64,000 nucleotides of DNA. Origin: Actinomycetota bacterium (GTDB lineage Bacteria > Actinomycetota > UBA4738 > HRBIN12). The stretch lies in NCBI GenBank assembly GCA_036265325.1, contig DATAPH010000088.1, forward strand, positions 2,868 through 66,867, read 5' to 3'. How positions within the stretch are numbered: position 1 is the stretch's first letter; every line of letters starts with the position of its first letter. The translations under genes were made by a program, and so were the position numbers. The notes beneath the pieces are model-generated. The model had not been told where the DNA came from, did not search any database, and worked only from the letters and a program-made list of their open reading frames with translations. Positions 47,054 to 56,524 of this stretch are shown here, piece by piece.

Positions 47054-47419
47054 ATGTACATGACGATGCTGTTGCTCGGCTTCTTCGGGATCGCGATGGG
47101 CACCGGCTGGATCGCGCAGGTCATCACCCGAAAGGGGTCGGGCCGGATCGACTGGGCGCAAGCCTTCTGGGTCGGCCTTGCGGCGATGGGCGTCGCGTGG
47201 CTCATCGCGTGGCTGCTAGACCGCACCGTCGGCACGACGTTCGGCGTCGCCGGGTTCCTCGTCGCGATCGCGGCGGCGATCGTGATCCAACTGATCGTCG
47301 GTTCGCGCCAGGCGGCGGAGGTCGCCGAGGAACACCACCGCGAGAAGGAGCTCACGCCGGAAGGGCTCCCGGGCCATCACCAGCCGCAGCCGCACAAGAA
47401 CAAGAAGAAGCGGCGGTAG
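47054..47419 (+). CDS. GlsB/YeaQ/YmgE family stress-response membrane protein
   Basis: 121 aa with three TM helices with Gly-zipper motifs and a basic C-terminal tail. Confidence 0.65.
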   Translation: MYMTMLLLGFFGIAMGTGWIAQVITRKGSGRIDWAQAFWVGLAAMGVAWLIAWLLDRTVGTTFGVAGFLVAIAAAIVIQLIVGSRQAAEVAEEHHREKELTPEGLPGHHQPQPHKNKKKRR

Positions 47420-47421
47420 CC

Positions 47422-48534
47422 CTAGCCGGTCTCGCGCGCGCGAGCGGTCGCATGCCAGTGCGCGGCGCGCCGCTGGAACAACGCGTACGCGAACGGCCCG
47501 GCAAGGATCGGGCCCCAGTACGAGACCAGGCGATACGCGAGCGTCGCCAGCGTGGCGGCCGGACCGGGCACGCCGGCCAGCACGAGCATCGCGGCGAGCC
47601 CGGCCTCAACGAAGCCGAGACCGCCCGGAGTGATCGGGATCATCCCGAGGACCACCGCCGCGACGTACGCGAGCAACACCAGCGACGCGGTCGGCCGCGC
47701 GCCGGACGCCACCAACGCGGCGAGCAGCGCGAGGTAGTCGAACATGACGTTCCCCGCGGAGCGAAGGATCGCCTGCGCCCACTGCTTGCCGAGCGTCGTG
47801 CGCACGCCGTCGCGCTCTGCGGCGAGTCTGTCGCCCAGGCCGGTCATCTTCGGCCGCCGGCGCAGGAGCATGTTGTGGATCCGTTCGATCGTGCGCGCGA
47901 CGGCGCCGATCGGCTTGTCGAGGAGCAGGAGGACGGCGCCGCCGCCGACGAGGAGCACGAACAGCGCGACACCGAGCCACGCCGCGCGCGCGAGGCCGCG
48001 ATCGACGGCGACGCCACCGAGGATCGCCGGGAGCGCGAGGACCGGGAGTGCGAACAGCGTGGCGACGTTGATCAGCGACGCCGCGGCGAGCCCCGTCCCG
48101 ATGTGCGTCGCGTCCATCCCCGCGCCGACGAGCATCCGGTACTGCATCGCCGCACCCATCGGGCTGCCGCCCGGGACGACCTTGCTGACCGAGTTCCCCA
48201 CCACCTGCGCGGTCCCGATGACGAAGTAGCGGCTCGAGCCGAGGCACAGCCCGATCAAGAGCCACATGCAGCCGTAGCTCGCCGCCTCGGCTGCGACCAT
48301 CACGACGAACCAGCCGGGCGCGACGCGCTTCAGCTCGTTCACCGATCCGAATGTCGCGACGAGCGAGGGCCACACGACGTACAGCCCGATCAGCGCGAGG
48401 AACAACATGATGACCCGGCCCGGCGTGACGAGCTTGGGCCGCTCGGGAAGCGATGCCGCGAGGTCCTCGACGCCCTCCGGGCGCGGCTGCTGTGGCGGCT
48501 GCATCGATGGAAGCGTCCCCGCCGCAGAACCCAT
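47422..48534 (-). CDS. lysylphosphatidylglycerol-synthase-type flippase-like TM domain protein (UPF0104)
   Basis: Polytopic membrane protein. The ATG at 48534 is preferred over the TTG at 48540. No C-terminal synthase domain is present. Confidence 0.6.
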   Translation of the reverse strand: MGSAAGTLPSMQPPQQPRPEGVEDLAASLPERPKLVTPGRVIMLFLALIGLYVVWPSLVATFGSVNELKRVAPGWFVVMVAAEAASYGCMWLLIGLCLGSSRYFVIGTAQVVGNSVSKVVPGGSPMGAAMQYRMLVGAGMDATHIGTGLAAASLINVATLFALPVLALPAILGGVAVDRGLARAAWLGVALFVLLVGGGAVLLLLDKPIGAVARTIERIHNMLLRRRPKMTGLGDRLAAERDGVRTTLGKQWAQAILRSAGNVMFDYLALLAALVASGARPTASLVLLAYVAAVVLGMIPITPGGLGFVEAGLAAMLVLAGVPGPAATLATLAYRLVSYWGPILAGPFAYALFQRRAAHWHATARARETG

Positions 48535-48566
48535 CGTCAATCACCGACCGGATAGCATCCGGGCTC

Positions 48567-49841
48567 GTGGCGACCAACGACGAGCTGTTCGACCGCGCCC
48601 GTGCGGTGATCCCGGGCGGCGTCGACTCGCCCGTCCGCGCGTTCGGATCCGTCGGCGGCACGCCGGTCTTCGCCACACGCGGCGAGGGCGCCTGGATCGA
48701 GGACGCAACTGGCGCCCGATACGTCGACCTCGTCCAGTCATGGGGCGCGCTGCTGTTCGGGCACGCGCACCCCGCGATCCTCGAGGCCGCAACGTCGGCC
48801 GCCGCGCGCGGCACGAGCTTCGGGATGCCGACCGAGGCGGAGGTCGAGCTCGCGAGCCGGATCGTCGGCGCCGTCGCAAGCGTCGACGAAGTGCGGCTGG
48901 TTTCGTCCGGGACCGAGGCCGCGATGTCGGCGGTGCGGCTGGCCCGGGGCGCAACCGGCCGCGATCTGCTCGTGAAGTTCGACGGGTGTTATCACGGGCA
49001 CGCCGATGCGCTGCTGGCCAAGGGCGGCGGCAGCGGGCTCGCGACGCTCGGGCTGCCGGGGTCGCCCGGGGTCACCGATGGCGCGGCGCACGACACGCTG
49101 ACGGCGCCGTACAACGACGCCGACGCGGTGGATGCGCTGTTCCACGCGCGCGACCGGGAGATCGCCGCGGTGATCGTCGAGCCGATCGCGGCCAACATGG
49201 GCGTCGTGCCGCCGGCCGACGGGTTCCTGGAGCGGCTGCGCGAGCTGTGCAGCGCGAACGACGCGCTGTTGATCCTGGACGAGGTGATCACCGGGTTCCG
49301 GCGGGCGTACGCGGGCGCGCAGTCGGTGTTCGGCGTGACGCCGGACCTCACGGTCCTCGGCAAGGTCATGGGCGGCGGCTTCCCGTGCGCGGCGTTCGGG
49401 GGCCGACGCGACCTGATGGAACAGCTCGCGCCGGTCGGGCCCGTGTATCAGGCCGGGACCCTGAGCGGGAACCCGGTGGCCGTCGCAGCCGGGATCGCCG
49501 CGCTCGACCTCGCACGGACGACCGATCCGTACCCGGCGCTCGAGCGGGCGGCCGACAGATTGATCGACGGGCTCGGGGCCGCGTTCGCCGCGAAGGGCAT
49601 CCCGGCGACGATCAACCGGTCGGGCTCGTTGTTCAGCGTGTTCTTCACGGCCGAGCCGGTGACCGACTTCGACGGCGCGAAAGGCGCCGACCACGAGCGG
49701 TACGCCCGGTTCTTCCATCATCTGCTCGACCGTGGCGTTGCGCTCCCGCCGTCCGGCTACGAGCTGTGGACGCTCGGGACGGCCCACGGCGACGCCGAGC
49801 TCGAACGCGTGCTCGACGCCGCCGGGACCTTCCCGGGCTAA
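48567..49841 (+). CDS. hemL: glutamate-1-semialdehyde 2,1-aminomutase
   Basis: I trimmed it to the GTG at 48567 (VATNDELFDRARAVIPGGVDSPVRAF). It belongs to the PLP class-III aminotransferase family. Confidence 0.9.
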   Translation: MATNDELFDRARAVIPGGVDSPVRAFGSVGGTPVFATRGEGAWIEDATGARYVDLVQSWGALLFGHAHPAILEAATSAAARGTSFGMPTEAEVELASRIVGAVASVDEVRLVSSGTEAAMSAVRLARGATGRDLLVKFDGCYHGHADALLAKGGGSGLATLGLPGSPGVTDGAAHDTLTAPYNDADAVDALFHARDREIAAVIVEPIAANMGVVPPADGFLERLRELCSANDALLILDEVITGFRRAYAGAQSVFGVTPDLTVLGKVMGGGFPCAAFGGRRDLMEQLAPVGPVYQAGTLSGNPVAVAAGIAALDLARTTDPYPALERAADRLIDGLGAAFAAKGIPATINRSGSLFSVFFTAEPVTDFDGAKGADHERYARFFHHLLDRGVALPPSGYELWTLGTAHGDAELERVLDAAGTFPG

Positions 49842-49846
49842 CAACC

Positions 49847-49871
49847 GAGCCGGCGGCTACGCCGCCGGCTC
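49847..49871. terminator. perfect 11-bp stem hairpin GAGCCGGCGGC-TAC-GCCGCCGGCTC
   Basis: It starts 5 nt after the hemL stop and also overlaps the 3' end of the convergent small ORF. This makes it a candidate bidirectional intrinsic terminator, though no U-tract is present. Confidence 0.45.
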
Positions 49872-50006
49872 GGGGACCAGCGCCACGCCGTCCTCGTCCT
49901 CGAGGTCCGGCACGAACCGGATGGTCTCGATCGGGCGAGAAGCAGCGGGCGGAGGCGTCCAGTACGGGTCATCGTCCGTGATCCCGAATAGCTCCCACTG
50001 ACGCAT
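49857..50006 (-). CDS. small acidic hypothetical protein (49 aa)
   Basis: The ATG at 50006 is preceded by GGAGGG with a 4-nt spacer. GC3 is very high. The sequence is MRQWELFGITDDDPYWTPPPAASRPIETIRFVPDLEDEDGVALVPEPAA. The longer track ORF 49857..51212 is a shadow of the APH gene. Confidence 0.35.
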   Translation of the reverse strand: MRQWELFGITDDDPYWTPPPAASRPIETIRFVPDLEDEDGVALVPEPAA

Positions 50007-50171
50007 ACAACCCTCCTCGTGTTCGTCCGCCAAGGACACAGGAGGTATCGGCATCTCGCGTCGCGCCGGCGTATCGGACCTTCGGCGGGTCCGACCTCGT
50101 TCCATCGGCCGAACCGGGTCGGCGGCGCGCGGAACGCGCGTGGGATGGCGGACCAGTAGGCTCCAGGGCCG

Positions 50172-51098
50172 ATGGCCGACCCCATCTCGACCGACCCGCT
50201 CGAGCGGTTCGAAGCGGCGGTGCGCGTCCGGGTGGGGGGCGAGGCGGACGACTGGCTCGCGACGGTGCCCGACCTCATCACGTCCGTCACCGGTGCGTGG
50301 GACGTGCACGTCACGGCCGTGGCGAACCGCATCGACGGATTCGGGATGTCGATCCCCGCGCGTCGCGACAGCGAGCGCGTGACCGTGCGGATCGCCTACC
50401 CCGACGCGTTCCTCGCCGACGAGACGGCCGCGCTGCGCGCGTGGAACGGCAACGGCGCGGTGCGGGTCCTCGAAGAAGACGAACGCGGCGCGCAGCTGCG
50501 CACGTCGCCGACGCCGGGAACCGCAATCTCCTTGGAACGCAACGAGATGACCGCGTTGCGGAAGGTCGCCGAGGCGCTCCGCGAGTTGTGGATCGAACCT
50601 CCCGAGGGGATGCAGACGCTCGCGGCGGAGGTGCGCGCATGGGGTGCGTCGATGCCGGAGCGGTTCGAGTCGGTGCACCAGCCGTTCGACGAGCAGCTGA
50701 TGCGCGACGCCGAGGTGATGTTCCGGTCGTTCGGACCGAGTCAGATGGACGCGGTGCTGCTGCACGGGGACGTCCGGCTGGAGACCTTCCTGCTGGACGG
50801 CGAGCGCGCCGTGGCGATCGATCCGAAGCCGCTGGCGGGCGAGCCGGCGTTCGACGTCGCGGCGTTGTTGCGCGACGGCCCCGGCGAACTCGTGCGCGAT
50901 CCGGCGGCGGGCCGGCAGCGGCTGCAGGGCCGGTTGGAACAGCTGACCGACCTGTTGGACGTGCGCGCGAGCCGGGTCCGCGGATGGGCGTTCGCCGTCG
51001 GGATCGACACCGGGCTGTACGCGTACGAGACGGGGGACACCGACGGCGGCGACCTGATGATCGAGGTCGCGAAGCTGTGCCAGTCGCTCAGCGCGTGA
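50172..51098 (+). CDS. aminoglycoside phosphotransferase, APH(6)/streptomycin-6-kinase-like family
   Basis: 308 aa. VLLHGDVRLETFL resembles the APH(6) catalytic loop LHGDLHHEN, and there is overall APH-fold similarity. Confidence 0.6.
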   Translation: MADPISTDPLERFEAAVRVRVGGEADDWLATVPDLITSVTGAWDVHVTAVANRIDGFGMSIPARRDSERVTVRIAYPDAFLADETAALRAWNGNGAVRVLEEDERGAQLRTSPTPGTAISLERNEMTALRKVAEALRELWIEPPEGMQTLAAEVRAWGASMPERFESVHQPFDEQLMRDAEVMFRSFGPSQMDAVLLHGDVRLETFLLDGERAVAIDPKPLAGEPAFDVAALLRDGPGELVRDPAAGRQRLQGRLEQLTDLLDVRASRVRGWAFAVGIDTGLYAYETGDTDGGDLMIEVAKLCQSLSA

Positions 51099-51105
51099 GG
51101 GACCG

Positions 51106-53262
51106 TCAGCTCGTCGAGACCGCTTGCACCCGCGGCGTCGGCTCACCGAGCAGCCGGAACCGGCCGAGGCGCCGTTCGACGCCGTCGCCGAACGCGACGA
51201 GCTCCGCCTCATGTGCCGTCGAGGTCGCCCCGCCGGTGTCGTGGTGTTCGAGCCAGGCGAGGAGCGGTTCCCAGATCGCGGCGTCAGGCTTGGCGCGCAG
51301 ATAGCAGAGGGAAAGATGCCCCTTCCAGCCGTCTGCGCCGATGTGGTCGCTGTACCCGGCGGGAAGACCAGCCTCCACGGCGCGCGTCCACAGGTCCGTG
51401 AGCGCGGGGCGGAGACCGGTGGCCATGTCGAGCATCGCGACGGGCACCGGGTTGCCGTCGTCTTCCTCGAAGGCGCCGAGCGAGGTCGCGCGGAGGTCGA
51501 TCGGTGGCGTCTCCCGCGCCCAGGCTTCGACGAGCGCGGCGATGGCCTCCTCGCCGGTCGGGGTCAGCGGCGCCGCGCTCCCCCCGAACGACTTGAGGGT
51601 CGCGTGCGGCGCCGTCAGTGTGCGCGGCGGCGTGGTCCCGAGCCGATCGAGTACCTCTCCCTGCCATCGCTCGAACGAGTCGACGAGGTCGGCAGCGGGT
51701 CGGAGCAGGACGTACGCGCTTCGTGGCAGCTCGCGCAGTGTCGCGGGGTCGGTGACGATCGGCGCGTCGGACGGCTTCGTCCGGTCGGTGAGCGAGCACC
51801 ACTGAACCTTGCCCTCGTGGTTCAGCTCCAGCTCGATCTTGACGAGGCCGCCGGCCGCGATCACGTCGCCGCGCTGTGGCGTGTCGACGTCCAGCGACTC
51901 CATCGCGAGCGCGCCGTGCCGGGCGACCGTATCGGCGGCCTCCTTCGCGCGCCGGTCGAAGGCGTCATCGAGCTCGACGTTGTCGGCGAAGAGCGCGCGC
52001 GCATCGTCATCGTTCCAACGGTTCACGAGGTCGACCGTGCGGGCGGCCGCGGCCTGCAAGGCGGGCGCCGCCGTTTCGTCCGGCGCCTTGGGGAGCGCGT
52101 CGAGGTCCGCGAGCAGCTCGAGCGCCTCGGCGCACGCCCAGCCCATGTCGCCGTACGTGACGTTGGACAGCGCGACCACGCCGACCTTGCGGTCGGGCAG
52201 CCACCGCATATGCGACCCGTAGCCGGGGACGCCGCCGCTGTGCGTAACGATCGTCCCGAGCCGCGGATCGAGGCGCATCGACAGACCGATCCCGTAGCCG
52301 AACGCGACGGAACGCGCGGGCCCGCTCGGCCGGATGCGGATCTCGTCGATCGAGTACATCCGCCGCGGCTGTTGCATCTCACGGCGGGCCCAGCGCGCGA
52401 GCGGACCGTCGTCGGGGTCGTCGCGCGGCGGATACGCATCACAGAAGAACGTCACCCAGCGCGCGAGATCTGCGACCGTCGACCAGAGACCGCCCATCGG
52501 CGCGATCGTGCCGTCGCCGGGCGGCTCGAGCTCTTCTTCCCAGGCGTCGTCCTGCCACCGGTACGGCTCGGCGACGTCGGCGACGTCCGGCCGGACCCAC
52601 GTGGTGCTGGTCATCAAAAGCGGCCCGAGGAAGCGTTGCGTCACGAGCTCTTGTGGCTTGACGCCCGCTGTTCGCTCGATCACGCGACCGATCAGGGCCC
52701 AGCCGAGGTTCGAGTACTCGAACCTCGTGCCGGGCGTCCACGTGAACGACGCGCCGGCATCGATCAGCGCATCCATCCCTTCCGGCGGGAGGTCGAGGTG
52801 GCGGTCGGCCCACGGATCGTCGCTCGGCAGGCCGGACTCCATCGAGGTGAGATGGCGGACGGTGAGCGGCGGGCCGTCGGTGGTCGGGCCGCGCCACCCG
52901 GCGAGCTCGGGAACGTAGGTGGCCACCGGCTCGTCGAGACGAACGGCGCCGTCGACGACGAGCGACATGAGCGCGGCGCCCGTGAACGACTTCGTCATCG
53001 AGGCGATCCGGAAGACGCTTGTCTCGCTGGGTTGGGCTTGGTCGCCGACGCGGACGGTCCCGATGCCGCGAGCGATGATGAGCTCGCCGTCGTGGATCAG
53101 GCCCCAGGCGATCGCGGGCGTGTGCTCGACGATCGCCCAGCGGGCGAAGACGTCGTCCAGCTCGTGCTGCGCCTCGATGAGGTCCATGGCGGTCGAGCCT
53201 ACCGGGGCCGGCGACGCGTGCTGACGCAGGGCGTCAACCGTCAAGTCCGAAGCGCGCCACAC
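51106..53262 (-). CDS. beta-lactamase-family serine hydrolase fused to a C-terminal 2H phosphoesterase (LigT-like) domain
   Basis: The N-terminal ~420 aa carry the SxxK motif (ASMTKSF) and a class-C/PBP-like fold. The C-terminal ~190 aa carry two H-x-T/S-x motifs (PHATLKSF and GHLSLCYL). The alternative start MDLIEAQ is possible. Confidence 0.7.
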   Translation of the reverse strand: MWRASDLTVDALRQHASPAPVGSTAMDLIEAQHELDDVFARWAIVEHTPAIAWGLIHDGELIIARGIGTVRVGDQAQPSETSVFRIASMTKSFTGAALMSLVVDGAVRLDEPVATYVPELAGWRGPTTDGPPLTVRHLTSMESGLPSDDPWADRHLDLPPEGMDALIDAGASFTWTPGTRFEYSNLGWALIGRVIERTAGVKPQELVTQRFLGPLLMTSTTWVRPDVADVAEPYRWQDDAWEEELEPPGDGTIAPMGGLWSTVADLARWVTFFCDAYPPRDDPDDGPLARWARREMQQPRRMYSIDEIRIRPSGPARSVAFGYGIGLSMRLDPRLGTIVTHSGGVPGYGSHMRWLPDRKVGVVALSNVTYGDMGWACAEALELLADLDALPKAPDETAAPALQAAAARTVDLVNRWNDDDARALFADNVELDDAFDRRAKEAADTVARHGALAMESLDVDTPQRGDVIAAGGLVKIELELNHEGKVQWCSLTDRTKPSDAPIVTDPATLRELPRSAYVLLRPAADLVDSFERWQGEVLDRLGTTPPRTLTAPHATLKSFGGSAAPLTPTGEEAIAALVEAWARETPPIDLRATSLGAFEEDDGNPVPVAMLDMATGLRPALTDLWTRAVEAGLPAGYSDHIGADGWKGHLSLCYLRAKPDAAIWEPLLAWLEHHDTGGATSTAHEAELVAFGDGVERRLGRFRLLGEPTPRVQAVSTS

Positions 53263-53282
53263 ACCGCCGCGGGTGCGACGCG

Positions 53283-54905
53283 TCAGCTCTTCTTGATCGC
53301 GCGATCCTTCTGGATCTCGCGCACAGCGTGATGGCCGGGCAAGCCCGTTACGCCGCCGCCGGCATGCGTCGCGCTCGACGCTTGATACAGCCCCTTGATC
53401 GGCGTGCGGTAGTCGGCGAACCCCGGGACCGGCCGCATATGGAACAACTGGTCCACCGTCAGCTCACCGTGGAAGATGTTGCCGCCGATCAGGTCCCAGC
53501 CCTCTTGCATCTGCTTCGGCCCGATGATCTGGCGCGCCTTGACGGAATCCTTGAAGCCCGGCGCCACATCGTCGAAGTGCTGGATCAAGCGATCCGCGTA
53601 CGCCTCGAGCTCGGGCCAGTGGTCGTCCTCGTCGTCCGCCCACTTCGCGGGCACCCACTGGCTGAACATCGACACTGTGTGGATGCCCTCGGGCGCGAGC
53701 GTCTTGTCGACCACCGTCGGGATCTCGGTGTCGGCGAACGGCACTCGAGACGCCTGCCCGAACCGCGCGTCTTGGTACGCCTGTTCGAGCTGCTCATCGT
53801 CGTCGAGCAACTCGATCGCCCCGCCGTGGATCTCCGGGTCGTAGTCCGGGTTCGCCAGGAACGTCGGCAGCTTGTCGATCGCGAGGTTGACCTTCACGGT
53901 GCCGCTGCGCGTCTTCCAGTTCTCGATGTCGGTCACGAACTCGGGGGGCAGCTCGCTGCGCTCCAGCTGCTGCAGGAACGTGATCTTCGGGTGGATCGCG
54001 GTGATCACGAGCGGCGCGCGCAGCTCCTCACCGCCGTCCAATACGACGCCGGTGACGCGACCCTCGCGCGTCGTGATCTTCTTGACCCCTGCGTTGACGC
54101 GAACCTCTGCCCCGAAGAACTTGGCGCTCGCCTCGCACGCCTCTGCGACGGCGCCCATGCCGCCCTCCATGAACCCCCAGCTCGCGACCTCACCGTCGCC
54201 GATGTCCCCGACGGAGTGGTGCATCAGCACGTACGCGGTCCCGGGCGCGTCGGGACCGGCCCAGGTGCCGATGATCCCGTTGACCGCCATGAACCCCTTC
54301 ATCTGTGGTGTCTCGAACCACCGGTCGAGCAGGTCGCTCGCGCTCATCGTGAACAGTCGCGTGATGTCGGCGGCCGTCTGCTCGTCGACCTGCTTGCGCA
54401 GGCCCCACGCCAGCTGGAACACGTCCTTCAGGTCGCCGAACCTCTTCGAGCCGATATGGGGCGGTGTCTGCATCAACAACGGACCCATGATGTCGGCGAT
54501 CCGCCCAACCCACTCGTAGAACTCGAAGTACGCGTCCGCGTCCTTCTTGGATATCTTCTCGATCGACTCGCGCGTGATCTTGTCGTCGCTGTGCTGGATG
54601 ATCGAACCGCCGCCGCGGATCGGCATATAGCCCTGGCCGAGCGGCAGCAGCTTGAACCCGAACCGCTCGAGCTGGAGGTCGCGCCGCAGCGTCGGCGGCA
54701 TCAGCGACATCGTGTAGCTGAGCGTGTTGACCTTCACGCCGGGCAGCTCGTCCGGCCACGGCTCCATCGTGTCCGCCGCACCGCCGGTCTTGCGGCGCTT
54801 CTCGAGCACGACGGTGCGGGCGCCGTGCTTGGCGAGATACGCCGCGGCGACCAGGCCGTTGTGGCCGCCGCCGATCACGATCGCGTCGTAGGAGTTCGCT
54901 GGCAT
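53283..54905 (-). CDS. phytoene-desaturase-family NAD(P)/FAD-dependent oxidoreductase
   Basis: I trimmed it to the ATG at 54905 ([26 protein letters not shown]), giving the FAD GxGxxG motif and a CrtI-like fold. Confidence 0.8.
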   Translation of the reverse strand: MPANSYDAIVIGGGHNGLVAAAYLAKHGARTVVLEKRRKTGGAADTMEPWPDELPGVKVNTLSYTMSLMPPTLRRDLQLERFGFKLLPLGQGYMPIRGGGSIIQHSDDKITRESIEKISKKDADAYFEFYEWVGRIADIMGPLLMQTPPHIGSKRFGDLKDVFQLAWGLRKQVDEQTAADITRLFTMSASDLLDRWFETPQMKGFMAVNGIIGTWAGPDAPGTAYVLMHHSVGDIGDGEVASWGFMEGGMGAVAEACEASAKFFGAEVRVNAGVKKITTREGRVTGVVLDGGEELRAPLVITAIHPKITFLQQLERSELPPEFVTDIENWKTRSGTVKVNLAIDKLPTFLANPDYDPEIHGGAIELLDDDEQLEQAYQDARFGQASRVPFADTEIPTVVDKTLAPEGIHTVSMFSQWVPAKWADDEDDHWPELEAYADRLIQHFDDVAPGFKDSVKARQIIGPKQMQEGWDLIGGNIFHGELTVDQLFHMRPVPGFADYRTPIKGLYQASSATHAGGGVTGLPGHHAVREIQKDRAIKKS

Positions 54906-54915
54906 CTTTGACTCT

Positions 54916-54932
54916 CCGTTCAACAGGAACGG
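54916..54932. promoter_or_regulatory. palindrome CCGTTCAACAGGAACGG in the divergent intergenic region
   Basis: Perfect 6-bp arms. It lies 11 nt upstream of the oxidoreductase start, in the msrA-divergent promoter region. Confidence 0.25.
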
Positions 54933-55078
54933 TCCGGAGGCTACACCTGGGGCCTTCCCGAGGGGTAGCCGCCCACGATCGGCGATCCTTCGCTCCGAAC
55001 GGGTGCAACATCGATGGGTGCAGGGCACACCGTAGGGATGTATCGACGAAGATCCACCGATCCGATGGGAGGTTCCAC

Positions 55079-55600
55079 ATGACCGAGACCGCGACGTTCG
55101 GAGCCGGGTGTTTCTGGGGCGTGGAATGGGTGTTCCGTAAGGTGCCGGGCGTCGTCGACGCCGTCAGCGGCTACAGCGGCGGGACGACCGCCAACCCGAC
55201 ATACCGCGACGTGTGCAGCCACACGACCGGTCACGCCGAGGTGGTTCGCGTGACGTTCGACCCAGACATGGTCACCTACGAGCAGCTGCTGGAGGTGTTC
55301 TGGGCGATGCACGACCCGACCGAGATCGACCGGCAGGGCCCGGACATCGGTGACCAGTACCGCAGCGTCATCTTCACCGAGACGCCGAAGCAGGAGGTCC
55401 AGGCGGCCGCCTCGAAGGCGAAGGCACAGGTGCGGTTCTCGCGGCCGCTCGCGACCGAGATCGAACCGCTCGCCGCGTTCTACCCCGCTGAGGACTACCA
55501 CCAGCGCTACTACGAGGGGAACGGGCACACGCCGTATTGCCACGTGTTCCCGGCAGACGTCGTGGCGTCGCTCGGGCTCACCGGCGCGAAGGCCGGGTAA
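55079..55600 (+). CDS. msrA: peptide-methionine (S)-S-oxide reductase
   Basis: The ATG at 55079 follows GGGAGG. The MsrA active site [10 protein letters not shown] is present. Confidence 0.9.
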   Translation: MTETATFGAGCFWGVEWVFRKVPGVVDAVSGYSGGTTANPTYRDVCSHTTGHAEVVRVTFDPDMVTYEQLLEVFWAMHDPTEIDRQGPDIGDQYRSVIFTETPKQEVQAAASKAKAQVRFSRPLATEIEPLAAFYPAEDYHQRYYEGNGHTPYCHVFPADVVASLGLTGAKAG

Positions 55601-55604
55601 ACGA

Positions 55605-56033
55605 CTATCCCCGGAACCCGACCACCTTGTGTGACCCGTCACACAAGGGTTGCGACCGCGACGCGCCACAGCGGCACAGGGACACGCGATCGACGGGCGG
55701 GAGCGCACGGTCGCCGTACGTGACCGGCGGCCCGCCCGCGACGCGCAGGGGTCCATCGGGTTTGAGCGCGACCGCCGGGAGGCCGGCCGGATCCGGCACG
55801 TCCCAGCGGAAGGGCGCTGGCTCGGGCCCATCCGCAAGCTCTTCGTCGAAGCATGCGTACGGCGGTTCGCGATCGCAGAACGGCATCGCGTCCGAGCGTC
55901 CGCACCGACACAGCGCGCACGGATCGGGCGTCGCCAGCGGATCGACGACATGCTGCTCACCGTCGCGCCGGAGCGTCCCGACGGGCACATCTTCGACAAG
56001 CATTGGGCCGCCCGGCACGACGTGGATCCGCAT
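55605..56033 (-). CDS. CDGSH iron-sulfur domain protein
   Basis: 142 aa with the C-terminal motif CRCGASRSQPLCDGSHK and an N-terminal degenerate repeat CRCGRSDAMPFCD. Confidence 0.65.
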   Translation of the reverse strand: MRIHVVPGGPMLVEDVPVGTLRRDGEQHVVDPLATPDPCALCRCGRSDAMPFCDREPPYACFDEELADGPEPAPFRWDVPDPAGLPAVALKPDGPLRVAGGPPVTYGDRALPPVDRVSLCRCGASRSQPLCDGSHKVVGFRG

Positions 56034-56071
56034 CGGAACACCGTACCTATGACTGCGATACTCGCGCCTCG

Positions 56072-56446
56072 ATGACCGCTCGGCTCCGCGTACAGATCCG
56101 TGACGGCGACGGGCCGCCGTATCGGCAGTTGATCGACGGCGTTCGTCGCCAGATCGAGCGCGGCACGCTGCTCCCCGGTGACCGGATCCCGCCTGTGCGC
56201 ACCCTCGCCCAGGAGCTCACGCTCGCGCCGAACACCGTCGCCAGGGCATATCGGGCGCTCGAGGAGGACGGTTGGATCCAGGGCCGCGGGCGCGCCGGGA
56301 CGTTCGTGGCGGACCGGCTGCCCGAACAGCCGTCGGCGGTCGACGCCGCGCTTGCCTCCGCGGCGGACGACTACCTCCGACGCGCCGCACAACTCGGCGT
56401 CGACCGAGACGCCGCGATCCGGGCGCTCCGTCGGAGCACGTTCTAG
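56072..56446 (+). CDS. GntR-family HTH transcriptional regulator (DNA-binding domain only)
   Basis: I trimmed it to the ATG at 56072. The GntR wHTH reads RIPPVRTLAQELTLAPNTVARAYRALEEDGWI. Confidence 0.65.
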   Translation: MTARLRVQIRDGDGPPYRQLIDGVRRQIERGTLLPGDRIPPVRTLAQELTLAPNTVARAYRALEEDGWIQGRGRAGTFVADRLPEQPSAVDAALASAADDYLRRAAQLGVDRDAAIRALRRSTF

Positions 56447-56524
56447 CGCGCGGCCCGTCCCGCCGGCGCATCGAGCGCCGCGTGCTCGACCCCGTCCGAC
56501 CGCGGGCGTAGACTCCTCGAACGC

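Noticed and set aside
54190-55080. 296-aa minus-strand ORF and the upstream extension of the oxidoreductase ORF to 55028.
   Set aside because: Both are frame-shadow or over-extended. The FAD-binding N-terminus begins at the ATG at 54905, and an extension would run into the msrA promoter and RBS.
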